From: Lepidodermella squamata
Lineage: Eukaryota; Animalia; Gastrotricha
Reading direction: 5' to 3'
NCBI GenBank assembly: GCA_047495785.1
Contig: JBLDXI010000074.1
Span: forward strand, 682,001-746,000
DNA length: 64,000 nt
Shown here: one piece after another, positions 1 through 11,945 of the stretch
Position numbering within the stretch: the first letter of the stretch is position 1
Layout: every line of letters begins with the position of its first letter
The notes under the pieces: generated by a model
The model's database searches: none
What the model was told of the DNA's origin: nothing
The model's input: the letters and a program-made list of their open reading frames with translations, nothing else
Translations under genes and position numbers: made by a program

Positions 1-17
1 AACTCATGACAACACAG

Positions 18-1912
18 GCTGCACAATGCGAACAAAAGATTCTTCAGATGGAGCAAGAAGAGAACGAAGGTAAGAAAGTGAAGAAACTTGAACAAACTTT
101 TAAACTGATGTCGATATTCATAGAAATTGAGCATTTGAAGGCTGAAAATCGGAAGCTCCGCCAACGAATAGCGAATTTTAAGCAGGATGAACTTGCATGG
201 CAAGAACAGATCAGAAAAATGCAGGAGGACTTGGCTGCCGAATATCAGCGTTATCGTGATGAGTGTGATGCTAGAAAGTTGCTTATTGCGGATATCAACG
301 ATTTGAGGTAGATAACTTACCTTGCCGGGATAGGCTTATGGTTATAATTTTGTTGAATTCAGGTATCAACAAGAGGAAGCCCAACAAGCCGCTCTATTGG
401 CCACGAAAAACAAAGGAGAAGGTGCAGAAGCTGATACCGAGCTGATGAAAATCGCTCTCAAGGAGGTGATTTTTCATTCACTTCAACCTCAAACATTGCT
501 AAAGAATTGTTATTTGTTAGGCGAAAAAAGCCGAGGCTGAAGCTACCAGGAAACTCGACAAGATGGTGGCTGATTACGCCGATGTTGTACCCCGCCGAGA
601 TTTCGAGAAAATAGACAAAGAATATGAAATTGCTAAAACTCAATTGGAAGCTACTGGAAAAGATTTTGCCACTCTTCACAGCGATCATAAGCAATTGCTA
701 GAGGTAATATTTTTCCAATTAACTTGATGGATTTAATAAACTGTTCTTGTTTCAGACTTACAAAGAGCTGAAAGCTGAGGCTAAAACCCTTGCAAAAGAA
801 TTTGAAGAACACAAAGGAGTATCAACCCCACGACCAAAATGGGTTAAAGTCGCTGGAGTTATCCACGGTGGGGCCGCTAAGTGGCAGAAACTCAGCGAAG
901 GCAAAACTAGCGATCAATTGGTTGATGTTCTCGTCGACGAGCTCAAAAAATCAGGCGGTGTATCTGAAGATACAGCTCCTCTGTTTTTCAATGCGTTGGG
1001 TACTGATCATAATGTCCCAATTTATTTACGCTGCACTGGCAAGGTGAGAAATCGCCGATTAAGCAGGCGCGATTGTGCCTTCGAAATCAACTCGATCTGG
1101 GGAGCACGTATGGAAGCTGGTCCTGAGTCGCGGAGTTCGCAATCACTAGCCGAATTCTTCTACGAATACCTTCGAAAGCGTAACATGTCAGACATTATGG
1201 TTTACGAATGGGGCTATAACATTCACATGGCGTGTCAACGGCATCACGATGACGAGCGAATCCGACTTTTCTTCAACGTTCTAACCGGCCAAGCTGACGA
1301 AGAGCTGTACCACTATCAAACCTCTTTGTTTCAAAAAATTTTCGGAAAATTTGCCGCGGCTGATTCTGGCGCAGAAGGCTCGTTGACTATTGATACTATG
1401 CGATGGTCCTTGGCTGATATGTTTCCGGATAAAACTGACCAGAGGCTGGATGCTCTTATTCGTGCTGCTAAATTGCAGAATGATTGGCAGGAGGGTGAGA
1501 CACTTGATTATCGCCAGCTTTTCAACACGGACGATGAGGGGAATCTGGGCATTTTCTTGGAAGAGGTCAAAGACCAAATTGCGATCGAACGACAAGAATA
1601 CGTCGATGCTATCATTCAAAATCTGGGCGGGAGATCGTAAGTTGATCGAATATACTACAACTTCAGAATCGTAAAATTTAAATTTTTTCTACTTTTTTCA
1701 CCAGACTTGTCGAGCCCTCGCATTTGTTTGAAGCGATTCGAAGCGTTGACAACCAGATTACAGAAGGTCACCTCAAGCGATACGTTTGCTGGGCCTTCTC
1801 AGCGACACCATCCGAGCTGAATAACAGCCCTGCGTTGCCAACAAGTGACATACGAGATCGTCTTATCAATGGATGCGTATTCAAAGTTGGAAGATCTATT
1901 TCTAACCTATAG
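18..1912 (+). CDS. TSNAXIP1: Translin-associated factor X-interacting protein 1-like (coiled coil + EF-hand-like C-terminus); 5' end lies outside the window
   Basis: Spliced exons (introns e.g. 70-123, 308-362) give ...LAAEYQRYRDECDARKLLIADINDLRYQQEE...DYADVVPRRDFE...TPRPKW...GTDHNVPIYLRCTGKVRNRRLSRRDC...EWGYN, motifs I recall from TSNAXIP1; stop at 1912. Confidence 0.85.
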
Positions 1913-2236
1913 CCTAAAAATACTCTAATATTTTCACCCGAGAGCTATCACTCATTTATTTTGCCTTAATCCCTTGGTTTTTCAGCTACTTTCATGTTGG
2001 TTTGTATTGTTGTCGAGGCTAAAATGCGAAAATAAAGTCAAGAAAGTGGTCAAATTTTGGCGGCTTGCTGCTAAAATGAGAAAATACTTTTAATTTTTTT
2101 CATCAATGGTGTTGATGACGCATGGCAATAAAGGCAGCAGACTCATCTGCGTAAATATCGACTAGCTGCTACTGGCGCTGCGAAAACCATGATAATGGAT
2201 ACTTCAGTTCAATGAATTACAAGTAAATTATTAAAA

Positions 2237-5200
2237 ATGACAGGTTGCTGTATGAAATACAAGCCGAAATTCGGAAGGGCGAAACGCGTTTTCAATAAGC
2301 AGACGATTAAAGAAAGGATTTTCCGGATTTTTCCTATTCTCGTTTGGCTGCCCAAATACAAGTGAGTTTTCGCTTCAATTTTAGCCGGATTTTAATAGGT
2401 ACTATCTTTTAGAATTGCAGATTTGCGATATGATATCATCGCTGGTAATTTGAGAAATTTGGCCAACATTTTTTCTGAAGCTAAATTTTAAAATATAGGT
2501 CTTACCGTTGGGCTCACTATGGTTCCTCAAGTTATCGTGGGTTTGCTTCGTTCTTAAATTAAAAAATCTAAAATCTAGCGTTGTAGGCTTATGCCCAAGT
2601 TGCAAATCTCAATCCACAGTACGGATTGTACAGCAGCTTTATCGGCCAACTTCTCTATGTTTGTAAGTTTCACACAATATGTAATGCTTGCTTCAAGCTA
2701 AACGTAACGCTTTACCAGTCATGGGTACCAGCAAAGATGCCAATATTGGCCCATCTGCCATCTTGAGTGTGCTTACTGGCCAAATCGCAGCAGAAATTAT
2801 GCCCAATCAATTGCTGGACCGTGGCGATCCAACGTGTGCTACGCTGTAAAATTATCACTTCCAAAACTTTCGTTATTTCACCAAAAGGTTCTCGTTTTAG
2901 AATGGCTTTCTTTTGCGGGTTAATTATGATGATGATGGGGGTGCTTCAACTTGGCTTCCTCGTCAACTTATTTTCCATCCCCGTAGTAGCTGGTTTCACC
3001 TCGGCTGCAGGGTAACCTCGTCCTATATAATGGTTAACCTGAACGAAAGCTTTATCTCTTGTTAGATTCGCAATCCTTGCCAGTCAATCTGCAGTAAGCG
3101 AAACCTGTTCAATCAACAATATCTCTCTAAATTTTCACGATAGAACTTCTTCGGCATAAAAACAGCAGCTTTTAGGCCTCCCGGCGTATTCGTGAAACAA
3201 ATCAAGGCGACTGTGGAAAATTGGGAACAAATAAAGTTGGTTTACAGCAATATCATGAATGCAGTCTTCTATCGAATCTACTTAGCTACGCGGATCTCGT
3301 TCTTGGTGCTAGTTGTTTAACTTTCATCATGTTCATGCAGTATCTACCACGAATCATTAGCAAAGTTTGCTGCCAGAAGTCGTGCCGAAGATCACCACGT
3401 GGCAAGCGGGCTTGGCAGAACATTTTGGAAACAACCCGTTTAATTACAGCTAGCCGGATTGTCATTGTGTTCCTCGTGTCAACCGGTTAAGTTTACATTC
3501 AATCTTTGAAAATCGCTGAACATCATTTTTTTGATAGGAGTTGCTTACTATTGGAACCAGCAACCTTATGAGCTCAAAATTACCACTGTAGACCGTTTTG
3601 GCAAGGGCTTCCCAAAGTTTTCGCTGCCCAAGTTCTACCTCACAAATGGATCTGATGTTTTGAGTCCTACTCCTGACGAAGAAGACTTTCTGTATTCAGG
3701 AGACGAGCCAATAGTCCTTCGACCGACTATTGTAAGTGAATTCCTAAAATCAAAAAATTGCCTATGGTGCTTTTCCAGGACTTGCTCGAAGTTATGAGTC
3801 CCGGGTTCCTCATCGTCAGCCTGATGGCTGCTATGGAACTCTTTGTTGTGTAAGATTGCTATCCTGCTTTGAAAGGAATTAATCTCATATTACATTTTTA
3901 GAACCAAAGCCTTAGGTCGAAAGAACAACTACCGGATTGATGCATCGCAAGAACTAATCGTTGTCGGAATGGCGAACTTTATCCAAAGTTTCATAAACGG
4001 TAAGTTGCCGCATCTGCTACCGAAGAATGTCTTCCATTTTTCTGACACTAGGATTTCCTGTTACTTCAGCTGTGACGCGATCAGCATTAGCCGATCAATG
4101 CAGGGTCAAAACTCAGCTTGCCGGCTTGATATCCACTGCAGTGGTATTAATCGCTTTAGGAGCACTGAGCGAAACTTTCCAATACATCCCGAAATCAATG
4201 TTGAGTGCCATCATAATTGGAGCATCGTTCAATCTCATCGATTTCAGCATAATAAGGTCACCATAATTCGTTTTTATTTTCTCATTTACACACCATCGAC
4301 ATTAAGAAAACTTAGCCACAATTAGGTGAGATAGGACGATAATCGGGATAATATTGAAGGGAAAAGCAAACAGATTATAAAGGCGAGTGAAAACAGGTGT
4401 TTTAGATAAGTTTTGAAGGTTTCGGCGCCTTGGCAGTGCTGCCTGCTGGTGGCGCCGAGGTAACGTTGTTAGCAGCTTGTTGCGAAACTTCTTGCAAAAC
4501 ACGGCACTCGTTCGGGAAAGCAGACGTTAGCTGAGCCTTGAGCTCATCCAAATGAATGTCAATATCCAGCAGATGTTCTTTGAAGTAAGGAATTATTGAT
4601 ACTAGTGGCAGGTATAGCTCGGCTTCTTTCGCTAGTACTTTAGCTCGCCAAGCGTCGTAGATTTCGTAATCCGGCGCTTGAATGCCGACTTCCATGATAC
4701 GAGAATATTTCTCACGGATGTACTTAAGCAGATCCAGAATTTTGCATCGAGTTTCGTAAAGATTGGGAGACTTCTTGTGAAAACGATGAGTATGACTAAG
4801 TTTATCGATGATTTGCTCAGATAGCTCGTTAGAAATTGAAACAATGTGCCGAAAAGCATTCGCGAAACTTGTCATACCCATTTTGTCAACTGAAGCTCTT
4901 GAACTCATTGAAGCTTTCCGCTCCAGCTTAGCAGCGTCTGTTAGCGGCTCACCATTCGGCAGTACCTGCTTGCAAGTCATGAGGAAAGACCCCAGGGACG
5001 ACTCGAGCCAAGTTTCAGTCTCGCGAGCCCAATTGAGGTGTTGACGGATATTGTCGACGTGATACATTTCTATCTGCGTCCAAAGCTGGAGATCAGCGAT
5101 AGTCGGCATTTCTGCGAAACCCGAGCCGCTATTATACTCCTTGATCACAGTTTCTACATCATCTGGATCTACAGTAGCTCTCAACTTAACATTAGCGACA

Positions 5201-8073
5201 TTCAAAGTTGCGAGGTAAGTTTCTGTGACGAAAAGCTGCTCTAAGGCAGTTGCAATGGCTGTCAGAATATCAGGATTGGCCAACCAACGAATGCCCTCGA
5301 CATTGCCCTCGATTGAGACAATAAAGTCGAAGAAAGCGGGCCGTATTTCTTCGATTATCAACCCATCGGGGAAGTTCGCGCCATCGACAAACTGACTCGC
5401 GATTTTGGCTTTAAGTTTGTAAGGCGGAGACTGATTGATTTCGTGAAATAGCTGGGTGCCGCACTTTTTCTGAATATTGTCCGGCAGGTTGGCTGCAACC
5501 CCCATGTACGACATTGCCTTAACATCTGCAATGTCGATTTTGAGAGACAGTTGGCCTGTAATGCAGCGATTAGCGTCGTCCTGGTATTAAAATGAAATTA
5601 TTACCTGCTTTCCGAGGTGGAACGCTTAATATAGTAGTCAAAGGTTGCTTGTGATAAGCCATTTTCGTGTTGAGTACGAATTTTCCGCGAGTTCACTCCC
5701 CGCTCAATTCCTGCCGTATGGCCGTTGCTGTGGGCGCGGAGTTTTTTACAGATCAAGTGAAGTCTGCTTTTACAGAAAAACTCTACGACGCAATAGAAAA
5801 AAACTGGATGCGTCTAAACGCGCTGGCTTTCAGCTTTCGTCGGGAGAGAATTAATTCTAGTGATAATGAAAAGCATTGGCCTGCCGCCTTTCATCATATC
5901 GTCGCTTTGAGGATGCTCACGTACGGGCAATTGAAAGCCCAACTTGTAAATTAGAGAACTGAAATGAGGCACGCACAACGCAAGGTTTGACAAGCGCGTT
6001 GGGCGGCGATACTTGCAAAATCAGGGATCAAAAAGTCAGGATAGAGTTTGCCGCTCTCTGTAAATAGGACAATGAGTTTTGGAGAGGAAAATCAATCTGA
6101 AAGAGGAAAAATTACCGGCTGTGCCTAATGTGAAATTGCAGCTAAAACCCGCTTGACAGGAAATGCAAAACTTTTATTGCGGTGACAAGCGAATATTTTA
6201 TGAAATCAATACTTATTACTGTAACTTGATTTTTATGCGTGCAGCTCAATGTGGCGGCAATACCGGCGGGACATATTTTTATTCGCGGTCACCTTCATCA
6301 TATGGTAAGAGCGCGAAAAATGAATTTTATTCCACTTATTACCTAGATGAGCGATCGATTCCCTGATGCCGAATCATGTTGCAGTCAAAAGCTGTAAAAA
6401 GCTTAATAAATTTACGATCTCGTCCCTCGACGAAAATTAAAAAGGAACGAATGCAATTCACGGCAATGAGCTGAGTGTTATTCTCTTTACCAGCCTTGTT
6501 TGGGATGTCGCCTATGGAATATTGGTATGCCTGCTGCTGAACATGAGTAAGAAAATGAATTTGAAACGATTGACATAACTTAATACTCTTATATAGTCAC
6601 GTTCCTGCGGTAAATTTGAAAGCTCAACAATTGAAATTTCATGAACATTTTGAGTAGACCAGTGGTGAGGATGAAAATACATGTGGAGGACCAAACAGTA
6701 AACATTCCTGGAGCAGAAGGGAAGGTCAGTTTTAGTGGCTAGAAGTACCGCAGAACAGCTTATACTTGATACAGGAAGTAATCGTCGTAAGGTTATCGCA
6801 AGGGATGCGATACCCAAGGTAATTTCGAAAACCCCAATTTAGAACCGCGTCTACATGAAACCTTGTTATGTTAGTGCTGATAAGTTTACGGATCGAATGT
6901 CAACGCTTTTGTCTCAAGATGACGATAGGCAAATTGTTATCGATTGCCAATTCGTAACTCACGTTGACTACACTGGTCTCCAGGTAGCATGCTAACTTTT
7001 TGCTCAAATTAAGAATGTCCCTTAATCTCAAATCTTAGGCCTTTCGTAATTTGCTACTCGCGGCGGTGCAAAAAAGCCGTCACATAATTTTCACGAACCT
7101 AAACGAGAAAATCCAGCGCCATCTCGCTCGAGTCGGAATGGAACACTTCAAATTTGTGACATCTGTCGACGAAGCTGTTAACATGTACGACCTTAAATCA
7201 GATAGTCCTACATTACGATTTGGTATGTATTGCCTTAATCTTTTACATCAACACCAAACCCTGATTATTCTAGTATCGAGCGGTGAGGAGGGCGGAAGCG
7301 ATGTTGGCGAAATGGCTTTTGAAGCCGCGGATGCTGTTGAAAATCCGCGTTTCCTCAAAGCTCTTAGCGTGCAACCTTCTTTCTATGGCGACATTCCCAT
7401 AACACTGGGCAATCTCGGCAAAGACAAAGGAGATAACGAGGAAGACAGGGCCCCGAAGGTCAAAAAGAAGCCCCTTGTGGTCAGCGGGGTTCTTGGCACA
7501 CCGGTTAGCATATCTCACACTCGAGGACCTAGCTCGTTGACAAATCAACGTCGAGCTTCCTTTCAAATGGTTACTAATCGGGTATCGACGACAAGCGATG
7601 CTGCACAGCCTCAAGCTGCTTCGAGAATCAGAAGCTCGAAGCAGTCGCAATCGAGTGAGCCGAGTAGAGCTCTTCGAGAGCAACGATTGGCTGAGACCAG
7701 CTTCATGAAACAAGGCCAACCAAGAGATATGCTACATCGGGCTTTGGAACCTGGCAAAGTAGTTGCCCCCAGTTCTGCTTTTGGACAGCGGACCAAAGAT
7801 CCACGCTCATCGACTGGAACCTCTTCTCGGTTCCCTCTGGCAAGCGAATATCAAGACGATAGCGATTCATACCCTGTTACATTTTCCTCAGCGCTCCTCA
7901 ATACAATGCCGTCAACTGGCAAAGAGCCCAGGGAAAGAGCAAGGGCGAAGCGAAAAAGGCCTCCTCAGCTTTCATCCAGCCGAATAAGCTCAGCTATAAC
8001 ATTTACTACGCCCGTCAATACTGGCAATACTACAATCGAAATTCCACCGGCTGAACCTGAAAGTCAAGGCTAG
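2237..8073 (+). CDS. SLC26A11: SLC26/SulP anion transporter, SLC26A11-like, copy 1 (intron-richest copy; hosts a nested gene)
   Basis: ATG 2237 MTGCC...FPILVWLPKY; DIIAGLTVG..PQ..AYA; YGLYSSF; GFTSAAG; ELIVVGMANF; ~2 kb intron 4257-6244; exon 6245-6304 SMWRQYRRDIFLF; STAS IVIDCQFVTHVDYTGLQ; disordered tail to TAG 8073. Confidence 0.85.
4402..5662 (-). CDS. Uncharacterised ~400-aa, probably helical protein; nested antisense gene in an intron of SLC26 copy 1
   Basis: 370-codon ORF 4402-5514 extends upstream through a ~49-nt GT-AG intron to ATG 5662 (MAYHKQPLTTILSVPPRKAG|QLSLKIDIADVKAMSYMG); minus-strand AATAAA near 4273-4278. No family recognised. Confidence 0.75.
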
Positions 8074-8430
8074 CCCACGAATAACTGGGCCATACTGTAA
8101 AATGAACCGAGATTCCCACGTGAAATGCTTTGCCGATGTAATCGCAGCAATAAAGTTAACGTAATATTGGCAGACGCACAGTAATTATGGGTCTTTAATT
8201 AAGAACTCAAAGAGGCCGCCTATGCATATTCTTATCGCGACTTGGCAAACATGGGTGGGCCTCCACGACGCATGGGGAAAAACTTTCTGGCCATTATATC
8301 TTGCGGTATTCTTAGTGCATTTCACACAATTGCAAGTCGTGACTTCTCCAGAAACAGGTACATTTGCGAGAAGCATCGTTTTCGGTTGTTTCTCAGGTTA
8401 AACCGGTGATTAATAGCATAGTATTACTCC

Positions 8431-11400
8431 ATGCCTTGCAAGAGCCCGTCGAAGCAGCAAGTGAAGACCTTTGCTAAAAGGCTTTTCCCATGGACAAATT
8501 GGCTTTTCAACTACAAGTGACATATACTTCAAGTATTTCTCAAGCGATTTTACTCAAAAAATTGTTTCACAGGATAAGAGATTTGCAGAACGACATAATT
8601 GCAGGTTTGCAAGAGTGATAGGTGATGGTTTCTTAAATTCGTAATTTTGATTTTAGGTCTGACGGTGGGACTTACTCTAGTTCCACAATGCATGGCTTAC
8701 GCTCAAATTGCCCTAGTTCAGCCGCAAGTAAGCTGCCACAGGAAAGTATTCTGGTGTCTCCTTTAAGGCCATTTTCCTGTTTAGTATGGTCTGTACAGTA
8801 GTTTTCTCGCTCAATTTGTCTACTTCATCTTCGGAACCTCAAAAGTGAGACCCTTTGATTTTGAAATCGCCTAAAAATAATTCTGATCTGTAGGACGCAT
8901 CCATAGGACCTTCTTCCATCCTCTCAATGATTCTAGCTCCAATCAACGCCATGAATCCGATGTACGAGGAAGGGGACATAACCTACATGGTGATTATGTC
9001 CCTATTCAGCGGGATAATCCTGATTCTAATCGGAGTATTGCGGCTCGGCTTTCTTGTCAACCTGTTCTCGATACCGATTATCAGCGGCTACACTTCAGCC
9101 TGCGGGTTTCAAATTATTGCCAGTCAATTTAAATCATTCTTCGGCCTGAAGGGCAGTCCGAATGATTCGCCATTTCTCTTTATCAAATACATCCAAAATG
9201 TCATTGATCGGCAGAATGAAATCAAAATCTATGACGTAGCATTTGGCGCCTCTACTATTGTTTTTCTACTCACGGTCCAGCACATTCCGATGATTGCTGA
9301 AATGGTTATTGTAAGGCGAAATAAGAGGCGAGCTAAGGTTACCCCAGATGACAAACCCAGTGGGAGGTTGACAGAAGGCCAGACGACCTTTTTGCGGTAT
9401 TTGAAGCTAGGCTGCGCGACCCGAAATGTCTTCGTCTTCGTTTTCGCCACTCTTGCGGCTTACCTCTTGCTAACCGGCGACCCGACAAGTTATGAAGGCA
9501 AGATAACTGTGGTTGGCGATATTACAGCGGGAATTCCTGCCCCTCAACTGCCAAAATTCGAGGTCCGAGATGCAAACGGAACTCTCTTGAAAGATGCGGG
9601 TCAGATTCTTGGCGACTTATCTGTGTCTATCGTTATCGTTCCGTTGATGATTATGCTGGAAATGGTTTGACCGCTTTTCGTTATTTTAAATGTTATCTTT
9701 AAAATGTGTGATAGTTTGCTATCACAAAATCTCTCGGGCGCAAAAATGGGTATCGAATCGATGCTACAAATGAATTGCTCGCAGTTGGCCTGGGCAACGT
9801 TCTGCAAAGTTTTTTTCTGGGTTTTCCAAGCACAGCTGCCGTCGCTCGTTGTGCCTTGAATGACCAGGTTCAAGTTAAAACATTGCTTGCGAGCCTCATC
9901 TCAGCGTCCATCGTCATGATCGCTCTGAGCTTGTTGACGGAGGTTTTCTACTTCATTCCTAAAGCAGCGTTAGCAGGTATTCCAAACATTGTAAATCGCA
10001 TTTCTGCAAAACAACATCAATTTTAGGAATAATCATGACTGCAGCATACAACTTGATTGATTTAAGGATTGTTAGTTGCCTTACTTTAAATCACTGCGAT
10101 TTGATAAGTCTTTCGAAAATTACAGCTCAGACCTATGGCTAAGGAGTATTGGCGAGATTTGTTGATTCTAATCACCTGCTTCTGCCTTTGCCTGTTTTTC
10201 GACATTGCGTACGGAATTTTAATTTGTATTTTGGTAAGTTTGTGACTACAACCCTATACCGATTACGTCAATGTGATTTCAAGTTGAACATGATCACGTT
10301 CCTCCGACCTATTGTTCGCATGAAATTCTACGTCACCTCTGAGAAGTCTGACGATCCCGATGGCTCAGGCAAGAAAGTTCGCACAACGGTTGTTCAGCTT
10401 TCTCACGGAATGAAGTATTCAATTGCATGAAAATTACTCGATAATAAATATCATTTTCGAATCCTAGATACCCAAGCGCTGACAAATTTCTCGATCGCAT
10501 GGCTGTAGTTCTCGCGAAAAGTGGGAAGCACATTGTTCTGGATTGTCGATTTTTCACTGGTATTTCCTGTGTTATTTTTACCTTTATTCCACTCAAGACC
10601 CGAATTATTCTGGTGTTACAAATAAGGGGTCGACTACACGGGACTTCAGGCTCTTCGTGGGATCTTGCTCATTGCCTATAAAATGAACAAGCACATCATT
10701 TTTACCAACATGTCTGACCGAGTACAACGTAAACTAGAGGCAATTGGGCTTGATCATTGGACATACGTTGACACCGTAGTTGATGCTGTGAAAAGTAAGA
10801 CTTGCACTTCCAACCTTATTATTTGAACATTTAACCCATTTTATAGCGTACAATGAGGAGGAGGAACACGAAGCTGTTAGGCAGCAGTCATCTGCTTCTG
10901 AGCGGATGCAAAGTGTAGCAGGCCCAATGGATGCTGGCCAGACTTCATCTCTGCCGACGCACACGCCGAGCGTCTCCCGTCGCCCATCAAAGCTTGCCTA
11001 CATGGTGAGCTTCACGAAAAATCCGTCAAGGTCGAATTTACGCATGCCTTCTATGCGAGATGAGAATAGCCGTGGTCGTACCCCGACCGATCGTTCTGAT
11101 CAATCAGCCCAAAGTGGTGGTAGCCAACCAAAGGCCAGCGTTCCGAGAAGATCTGTCCCATTTTCCGCGCCAGTCAGTCGACGAAACAGTGGCGACCAAG
11201 ATGACGATCTTGTACTGAAAAATCTTACCAGAACCGCATATTTATACCAAGATATTCCTATCTCTGTTGGCCATGTTTACGAAGCTGCTGTTGATTCTGA
11301 AATTAGCGACGAAGAAAGCGATGCGAATCCCTACGATGAAGAAAGCCCGAGCGATCATGAGCAAAATGACAACGTGCTCGAAGAGGTGATTGAAGAGCAG

Positions 11401-11622
11401 CGAATGAGTGATGCCAACGAGAAAGCTCATAAACCGGCGCCATCCTTGCTACTAGAACCCCCTAAGCCCAGCAGGGTGAGCCATCTGCCTGTCCCACAGA
11501 GATTTTCGCTGATCATGGAGCATGACGAGAGTGCGAGGGCTAGCGATGCATCAGCTTACTCTGGTCAGAATAACGAGGCATTTGATCATCAATCAGAAAC
11601 AACATTTACGACAGGGTTCTGA
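8431..11622 (+). CDS. SLC26A11: SLC26A11-like anion transporter, copy 2
   Basis: ATG 8431 MPCKS...FPWTNWLFNYK; complete SulP TM domain (GYTSACG, ELLAVGLGN, PSTAAVARC), STAS (HIVLDCRFFTGVDYTGLQ), tail to TGA 11622; AATAAA ~11729. Confidence 0.9.
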
Positions 11623-11945
11623 AAAAATTTACTAGTCACTAGTTTGTTGACGATTAATCCGGTGTTACACCTAACTGTGGCATATTTTAAACCGGTATTT
11701 TGTAATTCATTAGGGATGTACTAGAAAACAATAAAATCTTACTCGGTGTACTTCCCTGTTGTTTGAAAAATAATTAGGTCGTGATTTTGAATTAACACAT
11801 TTACGAATTTCGAGTGCGCATGGTTCGTGTTCTTGTAATTACCAGCCTTAAGTCCATTGATTTGCTTGTACCACGGGTTTCAAGTACGCATAAGTGTCTA
11901 AAAGTGGACGTTAGCAGGGAAACTAGGTAAAGAAGGGGGCGAGGA

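Noticed and set aside
4402-4800. Resemblance of the nested protein C-terminus to proteasome activator PA28
   Set aside because: Only a vague helical pattern; the PA28 activation-loop motif is absent.
5667-5954. Plus-strand ORF inside the host intron (ATG 5718)
   Set aside because: Short, no recognisable motif, and overlaps the expected promoter of the nested gene.
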